The notes under the pieces: generated by a model
What the model saw: only the letters and a program-made list of their open reading frames with translations
The model's database searches: none
Told to the model about the DNA's origin: nothing
Translations under genes and position numbers: made by a program
In this document: one piece after another, positions 30,692 through 41,170 of the stretch
Numbering within the stretch: position 1 is the first letter of the stretch
Layout of the letters: every line of letters begins with the position of its first letter
IMG/VR virus record: IMGVR_UViG_3300023687_000086
Direction: 5' to 3' (one strand)
From: an uncultured virus (IMG/VR IMGVR_UViG_3300023687_000086)
Taxonomy: Duplodnaviria > Heunggongvirae > Uroviricota > Caudoviricetes
Length of the DNA stretch: 64,000 nucleotides

Positions 30692-32155
30692 TTACGCACT
30701 TTGCTGCTCATGCTTATAATTCCAAATGATATCATCGATAGAATCATCAATGGAGTCTAACACGTCACCATAGTGAGTCAATAGACAATCATCGCCGAAA
30801 TTATTCTTCGCAAACTCTAAAATCTCATTCTGGATGAGCTGACATTCTCTTTCGGAAAATTCTTCGTCTACGTCGTTATCGGTAAGCATTTTCTTTAGTT
30901 TATCAATCCATTTGTAACTACACATCGATTCAACAACATCTTCTCTGAAATTCGCTTCAGCGCAATTACGCATTAGTTCATCGCGTTTCTCTCGTGAAAG
31001 ATTCTTTTCCTTTACAGATAAATCTGTTTCACTTAGGATATCAAACAAGGCAGTAAGTGCATATGTAGATACATAATGATCTGTTGCCCAACAATAGATA
31101 CGATCCTCAATAGAACGTTCAACATCTTCGTTCTTTGCATTGGATAAGACATCTCGATAAGCGGTTGAAGACTCCTCTAATAAAGATGCTACATTATCAT
31201 TAGCAACCACAACTCGGTGTCCAATGTACTTGTGTGATAACTTCTCTCTAGAGTCCTCAGATGACGCCAAAATGACGCCCTCACCATACTTATTTTCGAG
31301 ATCTTCATACAAGCTATCCGCAACAGATGTGCACGCTTCGTATAAACGTTCTTCAACGGAATAAGTGCGGGCATATTGGAAATGCTCTACGTCTTTTGCT
31401 CCCCTTTCAAGCATGTCCATGATTCTGGTGTTATCATCAGATAACAGCCACATGTTACGAGTAACGTCGCTTAAATCCCAGTCGGCAATCAAGTTACGAT
31501 CACGTCCAATCTTAATATACTGAGGCTTAATATCGTAACCATACTCATAACAATCCTTCTTTGCTACGAATAACCCGTTTACATAGACCTTGCCCTGGTA
31601 TTCTGGATCCATAAGAATTCGACCGAAGTCTGTGTCGATAGTCACAGCATCCTCCTTGATAAGTAACTCAAGATACTCTTCATACTGTTCCTTCTTTAAT
31701 CCGGTTAACACAATCGTTAAATTGTCATTCGGTACCTTCTTAAAGAAAGCCTGGGTCTCAACGTCACATACCAATGATTCCTTATAATCGTACTTCTTAA
31801 GCTTGGAAAACTTGAATGTCCAAATTTCCTTTGCTCCGTAATTCTCGAATCTCACATCAATACCGTTACGAACCATTACCAGGCACGCAAGCTTGTATCC
31901 TTCACCAAAGCCACCGATATCGGTCTCATTCTTTGTGGAAGTACCTAAAAGAAGACTACTCTTCTCTAGTACGGATGATTTATTCGAAATACGGAGTTCC
32001 TCAAGTTCTTCGTTATAAGAGACATTATATGCGTTGTCCTCGCTCTTCTGAGACTGATCGATTGCATTCTGCATGAACTCTCTGACAGCATTTAGAACTG
32101 TCCAATCTGCTACATAATCCTTTGCTAATCCTAATTCAAATCTTTTCTTTGCCAT
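30692..32155 (-). CDS. GHKL (HATPase_c-like) ATPase domain protein
   Basis: AVREFMQNAID, LLLGTSTK, IGGFGEGYKLA. Confidence 0.75.
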   Translation of the reverse strand: MAKKRFELGLAKDYVADWTVLNAVREFMQNAIDQSQKSEDNAYNVSYNEELEELRISNKSSVLEKSSLLLGTSTKNETDIGGFGEGYKLACLVMVRNGIDVRFENYGAKEIWTFKFSKLKKYDYKESLVCDVETQAFFKKVPNDNLTIVLTGLKKEQYEEYLELLIKEDAVTIDTDFGRILMDPEYQGKVYVNGLFVAKKDCYEYGYDIKPQYIKIGRDRNLIADWDLSDVTRNMWLLSDDNTRIMDMLERGAKDVEHFQYARTYSVEERLYEACTSVADSLYEDLENKYGEGVILASSEDSREKLSHKYIGHRVVVANDNVASLLEESSTAYRDVLSNAKNEDVERSIEDRIYCWATDHYVSTYALTALFDILSETDLSVKEKNLSREKRDELMRNCAEANFREDVVESMCSYKWIDKLKKMLTDNDVDEEFSERECQLIQNEILEFAKNNFGDDCLLTHYGDVLDSIDDSIDDIIWNYKHEQQSA

Positions 32156-32282
32156 TTCATATTCTCCCTTCATGTTTGGCATATATTGTTTATGGTTTAA
32201 ATATGGATAGCAAAAGAATGTACAAAAAAAAAAGAACCGAATATATCGATTCTTTTCTTTTGTTGACAGTAAAATGAACGTA

Positions 32283-32810
32283 TTAGTGCGTAATTGGATT
32301 GGCTTTACGAGGAATTTCTACATGGTTTCCTTCCCGGATATCAGCAACTGTTACATACTTAGAATCTCCGGACCAATCTAAAAGGTACTGAATTTCCTCG
32401 TCCGACAGTTCTGCGCCTTCTTCAATGATGTTTCGTAAAAACTCGGAAGCAACAACATCAGAATAATACATTTCTTCCTTAATCTGTTCGAACGATTTTG
32501 CCTGATTCTGAATAACTGTTACCAATGCTTCCTTCAATTCTTTTGGCATCTTAGTTGCTAATCGTTTTGCTTGAGCCATAACATTTGGTGCCGCATAAGT
32601 TACATCATCAAGATCCGGGCGCTTATCTAGAACGACGGTTCCATTTTCATCAACGACATATGCCATTTCCCACGTACCATTGTCGTCCGAAATGAAATCG
32701 CCACCCTCTGCCGCCTCTGCAACCTCAAGTGCCGCCTCTGGCGAATCCACATCATTAACCTTTAGTACTGGGTACTCTGTAGTTTTAGCTACAACTTCAT
32801 AATAACTCAT
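32283..32810 (-). CDS. Hypothetical protein
   Basis: ORF with RBS GAAAGGAG and class-1 motif. Confidence 0.6.
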   Translation of the reverse strand: MSYYEVVAKTTEYPVLKVNDVDSPEAALEVAEAAEGGDFISDDNGTWEMAYVVDENGTVVLDKRPDLDDVTYAAPNVMAQAKRLATKMPKELKEALVTVIQNQAKSFEQIKEEMYYSDVVASEFLRNIIEEGAELSDEEIQYLLDWSGDSKYVTVADIREGNHVEIPRKANPITH

Positions 32811-32914
32811 TCTATTCTCCTTTCATTGAGTTACATACTATTAGATACGTAATAAATATGTTTTGCAAATGTGTGTAAAAAAAAGAGTCCTAATAATAGG
32901 ACCCTTTATTTTTG

Positions 32915-33115
32915 TTACATCTCGACACGTTCAAAATCCGTTGCTGTGGTCTTATCTAAAGCTTCTGCTAATGTCCAAGCGCATTCTTTGCACACATGAA
33001 AACGTAAGTGGTTCTTATTATCGATATCTCCAAGATGTACGATAATCTTCGCAAACGAATTATGACATTCTTCACACCACACATAATTAAATCTTGGTTC
33101 CTTTTCGATAATCAT
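32915..33115 (-). CDS. Small zinc-ribbon protein
   Basis: CEEC...CKEC, RBS GGAGG. Confidence 0.55.
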   Translation of the reverse strand: MIIEKEPRFNYVWCEECHNSFAKIIVHLGDIDNKNHLRFHVCKECAWTLAEALDKTTATDFERVEM

Positions 33116-33132
33116 AACTTATTTGCACCTCC

Positions 33133-34050
33133 TTACGCCATAACAAATCCAGCCGCATGAATCTGGGACAAACATAATCGATTCGAGATCTTTACAACCA
33201 AGTCATGCGATTTCTCAACAAGAATACACTTTCGACCGGTATTCAGACATGCCTGTCCAACGGATCCGGAACCAGCGAACTGGTCCAATACAACCTCGTC
33301 CGGCCTTGTCACGAATTCAAGAAGCTGCTCGAATAATCGTGCCGGCTTTTCACTCTGTGTTATACGTTCTTTCCTTGATACCGCCTGAACGTCAAACATC
33401 GCCGGTAACATCCCATTAGTTCCACTCATAAACCTAGTTGGAATTCCATTTATGACACCACGCTGCTTGTCCGGCTTTAACGCTCTCGGTTTACCTTTCG
33501 AAAAAATAATAATGTCTTCGAAAGCCTTTGCGTTTCGACCGGTGTTTGATACGAATGTACCCTTTTTCCATGGCACTTTACAATAATACTCGAAACCTGC
33601 TGACTCGGCCATCTTTTTGATCTCATAAAGATAGTCATAGTTGTTTGCGTTTTCTGCCGGAACACATTCGCACAAAAAAGAGCCGTCTTTTAATACTCTG
33701 GACTTTTCCATAAAATCAGCTACCGTATACCGAAAGCAATCATACGAAGCAAAGCTACGGTTTCTACCGATATTGCTTTTCTCATCCATCCATGGGTGGT
33801 CCGTAATGATGCAATCGATAGAAGAATCTTCTAAAAAGGATAAGTCTCTACCGTCTCCTTCAATTAGCACCGCATCTTCAGCTACGGAAATGTAGACTCC
33901 CCTGGACACACGAGTAAATACGGTCCCAAGGTTTTCATAGATTCTGGCACGAACACTTTCGCGATTTGTATTCGGGTTGACACTATATGCATCCTTAACT
34001 GTAAATTGCACGCACTGAAATGCATCTAAAATGTTACTTACAACACTCAT
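33133..34050 (-). CDS. Orphan DNA methyltransferase (N4-C/N6-A, beta class)
   Basis: IDCIITDHPW, SEKP, VLDQFAGSGS. Confidence 0.85.
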   Translation of the reverse strand: MSVVSNILDAFQCVQFTVKDAYSVNPNTNRESVRARIYENLGTVFTRVSRGVYISVAEDAVLIEGDGRDLSFLEDSSIDCIITDHPWMDEKSNIGRNRSFASYDCFRYTVADFMEKSRVLKDGSFLCECVPAENANNYDYLYEIKKMAESAGFEYYCKVPWKKGTFVSNTGRNAKAFEDIIIFSKGKPRALKPDKQRGVINGIPTRFMSGTNGMLPAMFDVQAVSRKERITQSEKPARLFEQLLEFVTRPDEVVLDQFAGSGSVGQACLNTGRKCILVEKSHDLVVKISNRLCLSQIHAAGFVMA

Positions 34051-34131
34051 TTTCTTATTCTCCTTTCGATGTGTAAGCTATTTGTTGCATCTTAAATATG
34101 GAGCCTATACCTAACAATAAAAAAAGAGCCG

Positions 34132-34623
34132 CTATGAAGCAGCTCTTAATTGTACGTTCAATCCATAGTACCCTGATAAACAGAATAAGATATCCGAAAC
34201 AACGCTTTTGAGTGCCGGATCATATGGTGAACCGCCATTCAATGATGGTTTCAGCCTTGGCCGGATATCTAGTCGACTCCGGTCAGTAGTTGGCAATTCT
34301 TCTTCAAACTCTCTGATGAAGTCGTTCCAATCAGTATTCATGCCACGTACATCAATATACGTACCATCCTTAACGACATAAGCATGTACCAAAGAATTAC
34401 CAACATGGAGATACTCCACCTTCGAACCTGGAATCATTCTGGATAGAATTGGTGCAAACACATCGCAGTATCCATGAAGGAATCCATACAGGTCACCAGT
34501 TTCTGCCTGTTCTATGCTGGAATAATCTTCGCACAACTCATTTTGCATGAACCCAAAATCAACGGTTCGAAGCGGGTACTGCAGCTGCAATTCGTCCCTT
34601 TTTAAAAAGAATCCGGTCTTCAT
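34132..34623 (-). CDS. Hypothetical protein (C...H...D triad-like)
   Basis: GYCDVFA...HAYVV...IDVRG. Confidence 0.55.
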   Translation of the reverse strand: MKTGFFLKRDELQLQYPLRTVDFGFMQNELCEDYSSIEQAETGDLYGFLHGYCDVFAPILSRMIPGSKVEYLHVGNSLVHAYVVKDGTYIDVRGMNTDWNDFIREFEEELPTTDRSRLDIRPRLKPSLNGGSPYDPALKSVVSDILFCLSGYYGLNVQLRAAS

Positions 34624-35000
34624 GCGTTCGCTCCCATAACCTCTTCTACGTACTTTGACTCAAAAGCTAAATACTCTTCGTCATCGTCCATACGTTCTCT
34701 AACATCGTATGCCTTATACCAAGCTTCTTCGTCATTGACTTCATAGTTTTCGCGAATATACTCAGCCGTAGCTGCAATTTCGTAGTTCTTAGAAAGCTGC
34801 ATCATCAAAGGATTAACAGGGGTCTCCGGTCCAAGCTTCTGTAATGCACAGATACATACATCCTGAAACGTCTCAAAGTAATTGCCGAAATCCCAGGTAT
34901 TTGTTTCCGGGTTATACCCTTTTACACAAACATAACGCTGAAACTTTGTACCACGATCCAAAATTGTACGGTCTCCAATGGTTCCTAAAACTGTAATCAT
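34620..35000 (-). CDS. Hypothetical protein
   Basis: RBS GAAAGGAG, class-1 motif at 35040. Confidence 0.6.
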   Translation of the reverse strand: MITVLGTIGDRTILDRGTKFQRYVCVKGYNPETNTWDFGNYFETFQDVCICALQKLGPETPVNPLMMQLSKNYEIAATAEYIRENYEVNDEEAWYKAYDVRERMDDDEEYLAFESKYVEEVMGANA

Positions 35001-35081
35001 ATATAATTCTCCTTTCAAATATGATTCATTATTACAGGATTAAATATGAATACGTTTTTAGGCAATAAAAAAAGAGTCCTA

Positions 35082-35717
35082 TTAAGACTCTTCTTTCGGT
35101 TCTATTTTTTGAACCTTTGCTATAATATTGGCACTAACACCTTCGGACTGCAAAACGTTTATCACATCATTTATACAATCGCCGTATATCTTTCTAATGT
35201 ATTGCATCTTATAGTGGTTCTTTTTCTTTTCCTTTTCTTCGTCTCTTTGTGTGGCGTATGGATTGTTGCCATTTGCTCGTATTACACGCTTTATTTGCTC
35301 ATTCATCCCTGTACATCTGGCTTCTGTGAATTTACATTCCTTTTCCAGAAGACATCTGTATAGCTCCTGAATCATTGCATAGTTCATGCCTGAACTCTTA
35401 AAGGCCTTTTCGAAACCAAGTGCTACTGGAGATATTACGCATACACGAGATTGTACATTAATGCAATCGACACATAACATTATCCCTTTGATTGCAGCCT
35501 GATTAGCGGTTTCGTCGTTAAGGGCTGTTGCTATATGTTTTGTATGCGTGCGGTATTTCAATAAAGCTTCGAATGATGCTCGTCCCGTTCGATCCGGACT
35601 TATTCCGGAACCATGAATCAGTATACAAACATCATTTTCGTGAAGTCGCAATACATCTTCAATGGTTGTATTTTCGTGATATTCCACCTGAAAATCCAGA
35701 TCTTCTTTATGAATCAT
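35082..35717 (-). CDS. RNase HI-fold protein, apparently lacking catalytic acidic residues
   Basis: VCILIHGS..GRASFEALLKYRTHTK...TANQAAIKGI parallels RNase HI VEIFTDGS..GYGAILRYRGREK...TNNRMELMAA. Confidence 0.5.
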   Translation of the reverse strand: MIHKEDLDFQVEYHENTTIEDVLRLHENDVCILIHGSGISPDRTGRASFEALLKYRTHTKHIATALNDETANQAAIKGIMLCVDCINVQSRVCVISPVALGFEKAFKSSGMNYAMIQELYRCLLEKECKFTEARCTGMNEQIKRVIRANGNNPYATQRDEEKEKKKNHYKMQYIRKIYGDCINDVINVLQSEGVSANIIAKVQKIEPKEES

Positions 35718-35802
35718 ATTTCCCCTCCAAAATATTAATCGTTGCTCGAAATTATACCACAAAACACAAAAAGAGTCCTATAATTAGGACCCTTTTTATT
35801 CG

Positions 35803-36297
35803 TTACGCAGTTTCGATGTGTGCCGTTAAGATAGCTTTTCCCTTGTCACTATTGATTAAAATGTGATTAGATGCACTATTACGGAACAACGCCTCAATAT
35901 GGACTCTCCATAAATGATACATCGTGTCTGGAATACCAATAATTTTTGAAACAGCCTCAAGCGAGTTCGCCGTTTTCTTTCGCACAAACGGATTTAAGTA
36001 TCTTATGTTGAAGGCTGTATCATATTCTGGGGCGCTAGATCCCGCGAACTCAGATTGCAGCTTATTGTAATAAGCGCTCACAAGTTCATCATTAGGCACA
36101 TCCATGCACACGTCAGGAATATACACATAATCCTCCACAAGCGCTTCCAGTTCATCTGGAATATCATTTCCTAACTGGATTCGCCATTTCAAAGTACTTG
36201 GTGCAAACTGGACCGTCTTCCCATCGATCTCTAACAGCCGAATGTAATAAACAGCGTCATTTAATGTGATAGTTGCGTATTCTTTTTTGGTTTTCAT
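35803..36297 (-). CDS. Hypothetical protein
   Basis: ORF with GGAGG RBS and class-1 motif. Confidence 0.6.
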   Translation of the reverse strand: MKTKKEYATITLNDAVYYIRLLEIDGKTVQFAPSTLKWRIQLGNDIPDELEALVEDYVYIPDVCMDVPNDELVSAYYNKLQSEFAGSSAPEYDTAFNIRYLNPFVRKKTANSLEAVSKIIGIPDTMYHLWRVHIEALFRNSASNHILINSDKGKAILTAHIETA

Positions 36298-36434
36298 GAT
36301 TATTTCCTCCATTCATGAATTTACTAAGATGTTTCGTAATAAATATGTGATTGCACTTGGCTTCAAAAAAAAAAGAGCTATTTGATAGCCCTTTTCTTTT
36401 CTGTTTACCAGGAACTGAAAGCCAGCACCTTATT

Positions 36435-36554
36435 TTAGTTCTTAGCTTGTTTTCTTCTTTTTAGGCTTGAAATGCCTTTTACTAAAAGAGAGAACGCAAC
36501 AAGAGCGACTGTTTTTACAACAACTAAGTACAAAAATTCCGATAACATAACCAT
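36435..36554 (-). CDS. Small single-TM peptide with basic tail (39 aa)
   Basis: MVMLSEFLYLVVVKTVALVAFSLLVKGISSLKRRKQAKN; own RBS, class-1 motif and terminator. Confidence 0.55.
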   Translation of the reverse strand: MVMLSEFLYLVVVKTVALVAFSLLVKGISSLKRRKQAKN

Positions 36555-36654
36555 TTTCTCCTTTCACATATGGAATATTGTTTATTACAGGATTAAATAT
36601 GGGTTTCTAAAAGTAGCAAAAAAAAGAGACCTAAAATAGGCCTCCTTCTTTTCG

Positions 36655-37038
36655 TTACACGTCAAGTCCAACGCAATGGTATGCCATCCAGCGTCCTCTT
36701 CGCTCGAATAACTTGTACCAGCAAGTAAACTTCTGGCCAGTGCAATCATACGGAGATGGGACATATACCAAACGTTCCTGATCCTCGAAATAATCGGTCG
36801 CTGTAACTTTGTCCTTGATCCGCTCCGGGAGTTCAATAAGTGATACGTATCCATCTACGTCACCTTTTATGATTCTCTCACTCGGAGTACGTTTTAAGAA
36901 TTGTCTTAATGACTTCTTCGTTTCGATTGTCGCGGAATCATTCAGGAAGTCCTTCGCCGGGAAATTCTCGCTCAACTCTTTGATTAGATTCAAAAAATCA
37001 AAGGCAAGCCTTACATCATGAGCATTTCGTACAATCAT
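36655..37038 (-). CDS. Hypothetical protein
   Basis: PSPYDCTGQKFT motif; ATGA coupling. Confidence 0.6.
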   Translation of the reverse strand: MIVRNAHDVRLAFDFLNLIKELSENFPAKDFLNDSATIETKKSLRQFLKRTPSERIIKGDVDGYVSLIELPERIKDKVTATDYFEDQERLVYVPSPYDCTGQKFTCWYKLFERRGRWMAYHCVGLDV

Positions 37039-37397
37039 AATCGGCCCTCCTTAATTCCGTCGATCCAACCCTGGATATTTGCTAACAATAAAATTAGGTC
37101 TCTTTCGTCGGTGTTATCCTTTAATGACGGGCAGAATCTCTGTACATTTCTGCGCTGATTTCTTCGAACGATGCAAAGTGCCTCATTCTCATCGTACGGA
37201 TATAGTTCGTACTTTCTATGATAGAGTCCGCTTCCGGAACCCATTTCGTGCCCACTAGGATCAAACTGAAATTCCTCCAGACCATCTACACGGATTCTTC
37301 CGGTTCTGGTAATCTTGGTAACCTTTCTCATAAATTCAGCACCACGGCCTTTAACAATTACGGTGTTGCCAACACTTACACTACCTGGCTCAATCAT
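37035..37397 (-). CDS. Hypothetical protein (KOW/SH3-like N-terminus)
   Basis: VSVGNTVIV...KVTKITRTGRIRV. Confidence 0.55.
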   Translation of the reverse strand: MIEPGSVSVGNTVIVKGRGAEFMRKVTKITRTGRIRVDGLEEFQFDPSGHEMGSGSGLYHRKYELYPYDENEALCIVRRNQRRNVQRFCPSLKDNTDERDLILLLANIQGWIDGIKEGRL

Positions 37398-37650
37398 AAT
37401 CTACCTCCAATTTGTATTCGTTCAGCGACTCTGCTAACTCACTTTCGTCTGATGATTCTGTTGTAAAGTAATTTGCGACATTAATTGCCTTATCAAGCAT
37501 TTCTTCATGTTCTGCTACAATCTTCTTGACGTCTTCCATATTCTCCGAACAAATGATTTCTGTACACATTCGATCTAAGCGGATCAGAACATCATAGAAC
37601 AATGAGATTTCACTTCCCTCGCGACTTGATAATTGATAAACAGTTTTCAT
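37390..37650 (-). CDS. Hypothetical protein
   Basis: RBS GAAAGGAG. Confidence 0.6.
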   Translation of the reverse strand: MKTVYQLSSREGSEISLFYDVLIRLDRMCTEIICSENMEDVKKIVAEHEEMLDKAINVANYFTTESSDESELAESLNEYKLEVDYD

Positions 37651-37770
37651 GCTATTCTCCTTTCATATACGCATGTTTTAATTACGCATTAAATATGTGA
37701 GAAAAAGGAAACAAAAAAAAACAGACCCCAAAATAGGGACCTGTTTTCTCGTTTTGTTACACCAACGCGC

Positions 37771-38628
37771 CTAATGAATGCCACATTCTTCTGCGAACTT
37801 ATTGTAAGAATCTGGAATAAAGTCACGATACTTAACAAAGAAATCTCGCTGCAATATTCTGGTTTCTTCAATCTCTGGTTCGCTAAAAACCGGGCTGTTA
37901 TTACGCTTAATTGTCTTACCATCGAACTCGTACTCAACAGTTTGTGCCGATGTATCAGCATGATAATGACAATCGTACGCCAATATTTCATCCGCTTTGT
38001 AGGCATAATTAATTGTCACCGTATTCAGGTGCGGCTTTACGTCGATCCAATTAATTTCTGGAACAGGAATACCGCTTTCCAGTCCATCAATTTGTTCTCC
38101 GATTTTGAAGGCCTCTAGAGCAATTTCTCCGCGCTTCACGCGCTCATATTCTGCATATCGTTGCTTAGAAAATCCCCACCGTCCTGTTTGTCCATGTATA
38201 TAGGCGGTCTCATATTCCATGCCCGGGTCTTCAATTTTTTCCATATATTCAAGTTCGACTAACCAGTTTGGCTTATGATGTCCTGATTCGTCCCAATACA
38301 TCCAACTTGGAATACCATGCAGCAGGTCCCTTGAACGAACTTTCGATAAATCCACCCTTTTGTTCTGTAATGGACATTTCTTTACCCAGGAACTTCCGTG
38401 GTCCGGATGCACTGGATCAACGTGGCCAACAACCAAAAAATCTTGTTCATTAAAAGATTCAACGGATTTTCCGCACACCATTAAAGAACCAAGTATCATT
38501 CCGCATCCTGGACAATCAAACGTACCAGAGCCTGTACCAATTTTGAAGTTTGGCACAAAGTCCCCATTAAACATATCACGGACCACAGCTATTGACGTTG
38601 GTTGCTCAAAATCAACACGACTCTTCAT
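37771..38628 (-). CDS. Hypothetical CxxC protein, paralog of 21401-22102
   Basis: GDFVPNFKIGTGSGTFDCPGC...WVKKCP. Confidence 0.65.
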   Translation of the reverse strand: MKSRVDFEQPTSIAVVRDMFNGDFVPNFKIGTGSGTFDCPGCGMILGSLMVCGKSVESFNEQDFLVVGHVDPVHPDHGSSWVKKCPLQNKRVDLSKVRSRDLLHGIPSWMYWDESGHHKPNWLVELEYMEKIEDPGMEYETAYIHGQTGRWGFSKQRYAEYERVKRGEIALEAFKIGEQIDGLESGIPVPEINWIDVKPHLNTVTINYAYKADEILAYDCHYHADTSAQTVEYEFDGKTIKRNNSPVFSEPEIEETRILQRDFFVKYRDFIPDSYNKFAEECGIH

Positions 38629-38733
38629 ATTTTCTCCTTTCCTTGCTGTCGTTTACCTTTTACGTATCTAAATATGGTTTCAAAATGTACGCATAAAAGA
38701 AAAAGTCCCACATAGGGACTATTTCTTAAACCG

Positions 38734-39150
38734 TTAACACTGAATTATCATTAAAGGTGTAAAGTATTTCTTCGCCCACTTAAAGTTATCCTTCGTACCT
38801 CTGGACTTTCCGTCCCAGAAGCAAACGCATACACGATATTCTTTGTCCTTGATAAACTCATGCATCTTCTTATTTCGCATCGGACCTGCTGCACGTCCAT
38901 ATTCGTCCCAATTCGCCAAGAACTCATGAATCGTACATTGGTGTGACATTCCATACTTTTGAGCCAAGGTATCTGCGCCTTTTGCCCCGCCATGAACAAT
39001 ATGGACACGAACATGCTCGAACGGACAGGATGCTATTAAAGAATCCAATGTCCGTTCCAAAAGTTCATAATCGTCAAAGGTTCGTGTGCCTGCAACTAAT
39101 ATGTATAGCTCCGGCCATTCCTGATCTGCTTTCCAACTATCGAACTTCAT
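38734..39150 (-). CDS. SLOG/YspA-like (DUF2493) protein
   Basis: ILVAGTRTF, IVHGGAKGADTLA, YGRAAGPMRN, FWDGKSRGT. Confidence 0.85.
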   Translation of the reverse strand: MKFDSWKADQEWPELYILVAGTRTFDDYELLERTLDSLIASCPFEHVRVHIVHGGAKGADTLAQKYGMSHQCTIHEFLANWDEYGRAAGPMRNKKMHEFIKDKEYRVCVCFWDGKSRGTKDNFKWAKKYFTPLMIIQC

Positions 39151-39152
39151 AA

Positions 39153-40025
39153 TTACACCGCAATGTCGAGCTTAATCTGTGGGTTCTGCTCTCTGATATC
39201 AGCGAGCGGATAACCAACGATCTTAACATCATCGGGCGTGTAATCATACCAGTCCTTTACGTCCGGATTAACCCAGATTGTTGGAGCACACTCTACGGAC
39301 TCTCTGCTAAGTAACTCCTTTGCAGCCTCAACGTGACGATCATAAATCTGGATATTGTCTACGAACCAAGTAAACTGGCCCGGAGTGTACCCAAGTACAT
39401 TCGCTACCATGCAAAGGAACACTGCATACTGTGTCTGATTAATGGATCCAGCAGTGATAAAATCAGAAGAGCGCTGCACAAGAACCATATCCAAGTAATC
39501 GACACCATCTTTTCCGTGGCGAACATTCCAAATCGTCTGGAACGCACATGGATTTAAGCCTGGCTCTTCAAAATCATCCTCCTGCCACATAGACAATATG
39601 TGTCTACGGCCGTCAGGATCCTTTTTAAGGCCTTCTAAGAGCTTATCCATAAGTTTATGCCTACGAACAGTTTCACCGTATCTAGCGCCGATTGTACGGT
39701 CTCCTACGTCCCATTCATTCCACCAATGAATGTCGTACTTATTCTCAAGCACGTCTAAGCTATTACTCTGATCCTGGTAGATCCAAAGCAACTCCTTAAT
39801 GGAACTTTTCCATGCGGTCGGTCTAAGGGTGATAATCGGCACCTGCCCCTTAGACAAATCATAGGTTACCATGCGATGGTTCACAGATAATGTGCGGGCC
39901 GGAGTTCTTGTCTCCGTTCCATCTTCGTTTCTGTCAATCCATACCGGTCTTGGATTCGCATCCAAACATCCGTTATCGAGAATATCTCGAATCAAGTTTT
40001 TAGTTACTTCATCTGCGTAATACAT
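39153..40025 (-). CDS. thyA: Thymidylate synthase
   Basis: PDGRRH, LNPCAF, QRSSD, QIYDRH. Confidence 0.93.
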   Translation of the reverse strand: MYYADEVTKNLIRDILDNGCLDANPRPVWIDRNEDGTETRTPARTLSVNHRMVTYDLSKGQVPIITLRPTAWKSSIKELLWIYQDQSNSLDVLENKYDIHWWNEWDVGDRTIGARYGETVRRHKLMDKLLEGLKKDPDGRRHILSMWQEDDFEEPGLNPCAFQTIWNVRHGKDGVDYLDMVLVQRSSDFITAGSINQTQYAVFLCMVANVLGYTPGQFTWFVDNIQIYDRHVEAAKELLSRESVECAPTIWVNPDVKDWYDYTPDDVKIVGYPLADIREQNPQIKLDIAV

Positions 40026-40134
40026 ATTTAATCTCCTTTCTACTACGCGTATATTTTTACGAGCTTAAATATGGGTTTACTTTTGGCATCTAAAAACCTA
40101 CATTGGGACCCAGGCGCCGGCGCTCGTCTTTTAG

Positions 40135-40488
40135 CTACAAGATTCGGCCAGACATTTGCAATGAGGATTCTACCTCTTTTAAATTCCGATAATGTGAATG
40201 TATATAAACCGTTTTAGCCTCTTTTCCAAATTTATATTCTTCAAAAAGTTTGGATTTATGAATCAATTTTGCACATGCATATATTATATCTGTGCTATAA
40301 AACGGTCCCAAAATTGACTTCACATTTTTTTCATCTGTCTCATAAACAAACCAAGCGTTATTTATTTCAAATGCCCCACGTGTGTTTGGCGCTTCCACTA
40401 ACTCTCCAAACACAAAGTCGTCAATCTCTTGCTCTCCATTCTTTATCAATACTGAATTGATTATTTGTTGAATATCTTTCGCAGTCAT
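40135..40488 (-). CDS. Hypothetical protein (possible polymorphic-toxin immunity protein)
   Basis: WFVYETDEK motif; weak resemblance only. Confidence 0.45.
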   Translation of the reverse strand: MTAKDIQQIINSVLIKNGEQEIDDFVFGELVEAPNTRGAFEINNAWFVYETDEKNVKSILGPFYSTDIIYACAKLIHKSKLFEEYKFGKEAKTVYIHSHYRNLKEVESSLQMSGRIL

Positions 40489-40512
40489 TACTTTCTCTTC
40501 ATCGTTTAATGT

Positions 40513-40794
40513 TCACATCGGAATCCAAGTGCCGGCATCGGTCTTTTGATCACAAGATTCAACCAGGCACTTTCCATCTCGGTACACCTTTTTGTTCGTA
40601 TTCATGCAGGTTGCATCGAACAAATTCAACCGACCACAACCATCACAAATGTTAGATTGCTTGGCAGCTTCTCGTTCTTCCTTGATTTGCTTTTCTAAAA
40701 TCTCGTTACAGCTTTTACATAACTGGATTCCGGTTCCCGAAATACGTTTACCACAACGGTCACATTCATAACGACCATTTCCTACATATGCCAT
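40513..40794 (-). CDS. Cys-rich zinc-binding hypothetical protein
   Basis: Multiple CxxC. Confidence 0.55.
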   Translation of the reverse strand: MAYVGNGRYECDRCGKRISGTGIQLCKSCNEILEKQIKEEREAAKQSNICDGCGRLNLFDATCMNTNKKVYRDGKCLVESCDQKTDAGTWIPM

Positions 40795-40798
40795 AACA

Positions 40799-41170
40799 TC
40801 ACCCCTTCATTTTTGCCCAAACAAGCCGACAAGTATCAACCTTTCTTTTTGCATAGACGTAAGCATCTTTTATCATCTTTTCTTGTTTTCGGAAAGGAGT
40901 ACTCGGTGCCAATTTGTGAACTTCGTTCATGGCTACAATATCCACGAGCCGATTTACCATTGCTTCCTCGGGCATCGTTGATGGCATCATTTTAATGAGA
41001 CGGCCATAGTTATCCCAAGCCATATATTTTAACCAAATCGGGACGGATTCCATATTCTGGATAGAATCAGGATTCTGTACTATGGTCATGAACTTGTAAT
41101 CTACAACGCTAACATAGAGTTGAAACGCCACGACTACCGAAAGTATGATCAACACAACAGTTTCAGACAT
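40799..41170 (-). CDS. Membrane protein, paralog of 41702-42106
   Basis: TM then DYKFMTIVQNPDSIQNMESVPIWLK. Confidence 0.6.
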   Translation of the reverse strand: MSETVVLIILSVVVAFQLYVSVVDYKFMTIVQNPDSIQNMESVPIWLKYMAWDNYGRLIKMMPSTMPEEAMVNRLVDIVAMNEVHKLAPSTPFRKQEKMIKDAYVYAKRKVDTCRLVWAKMKG

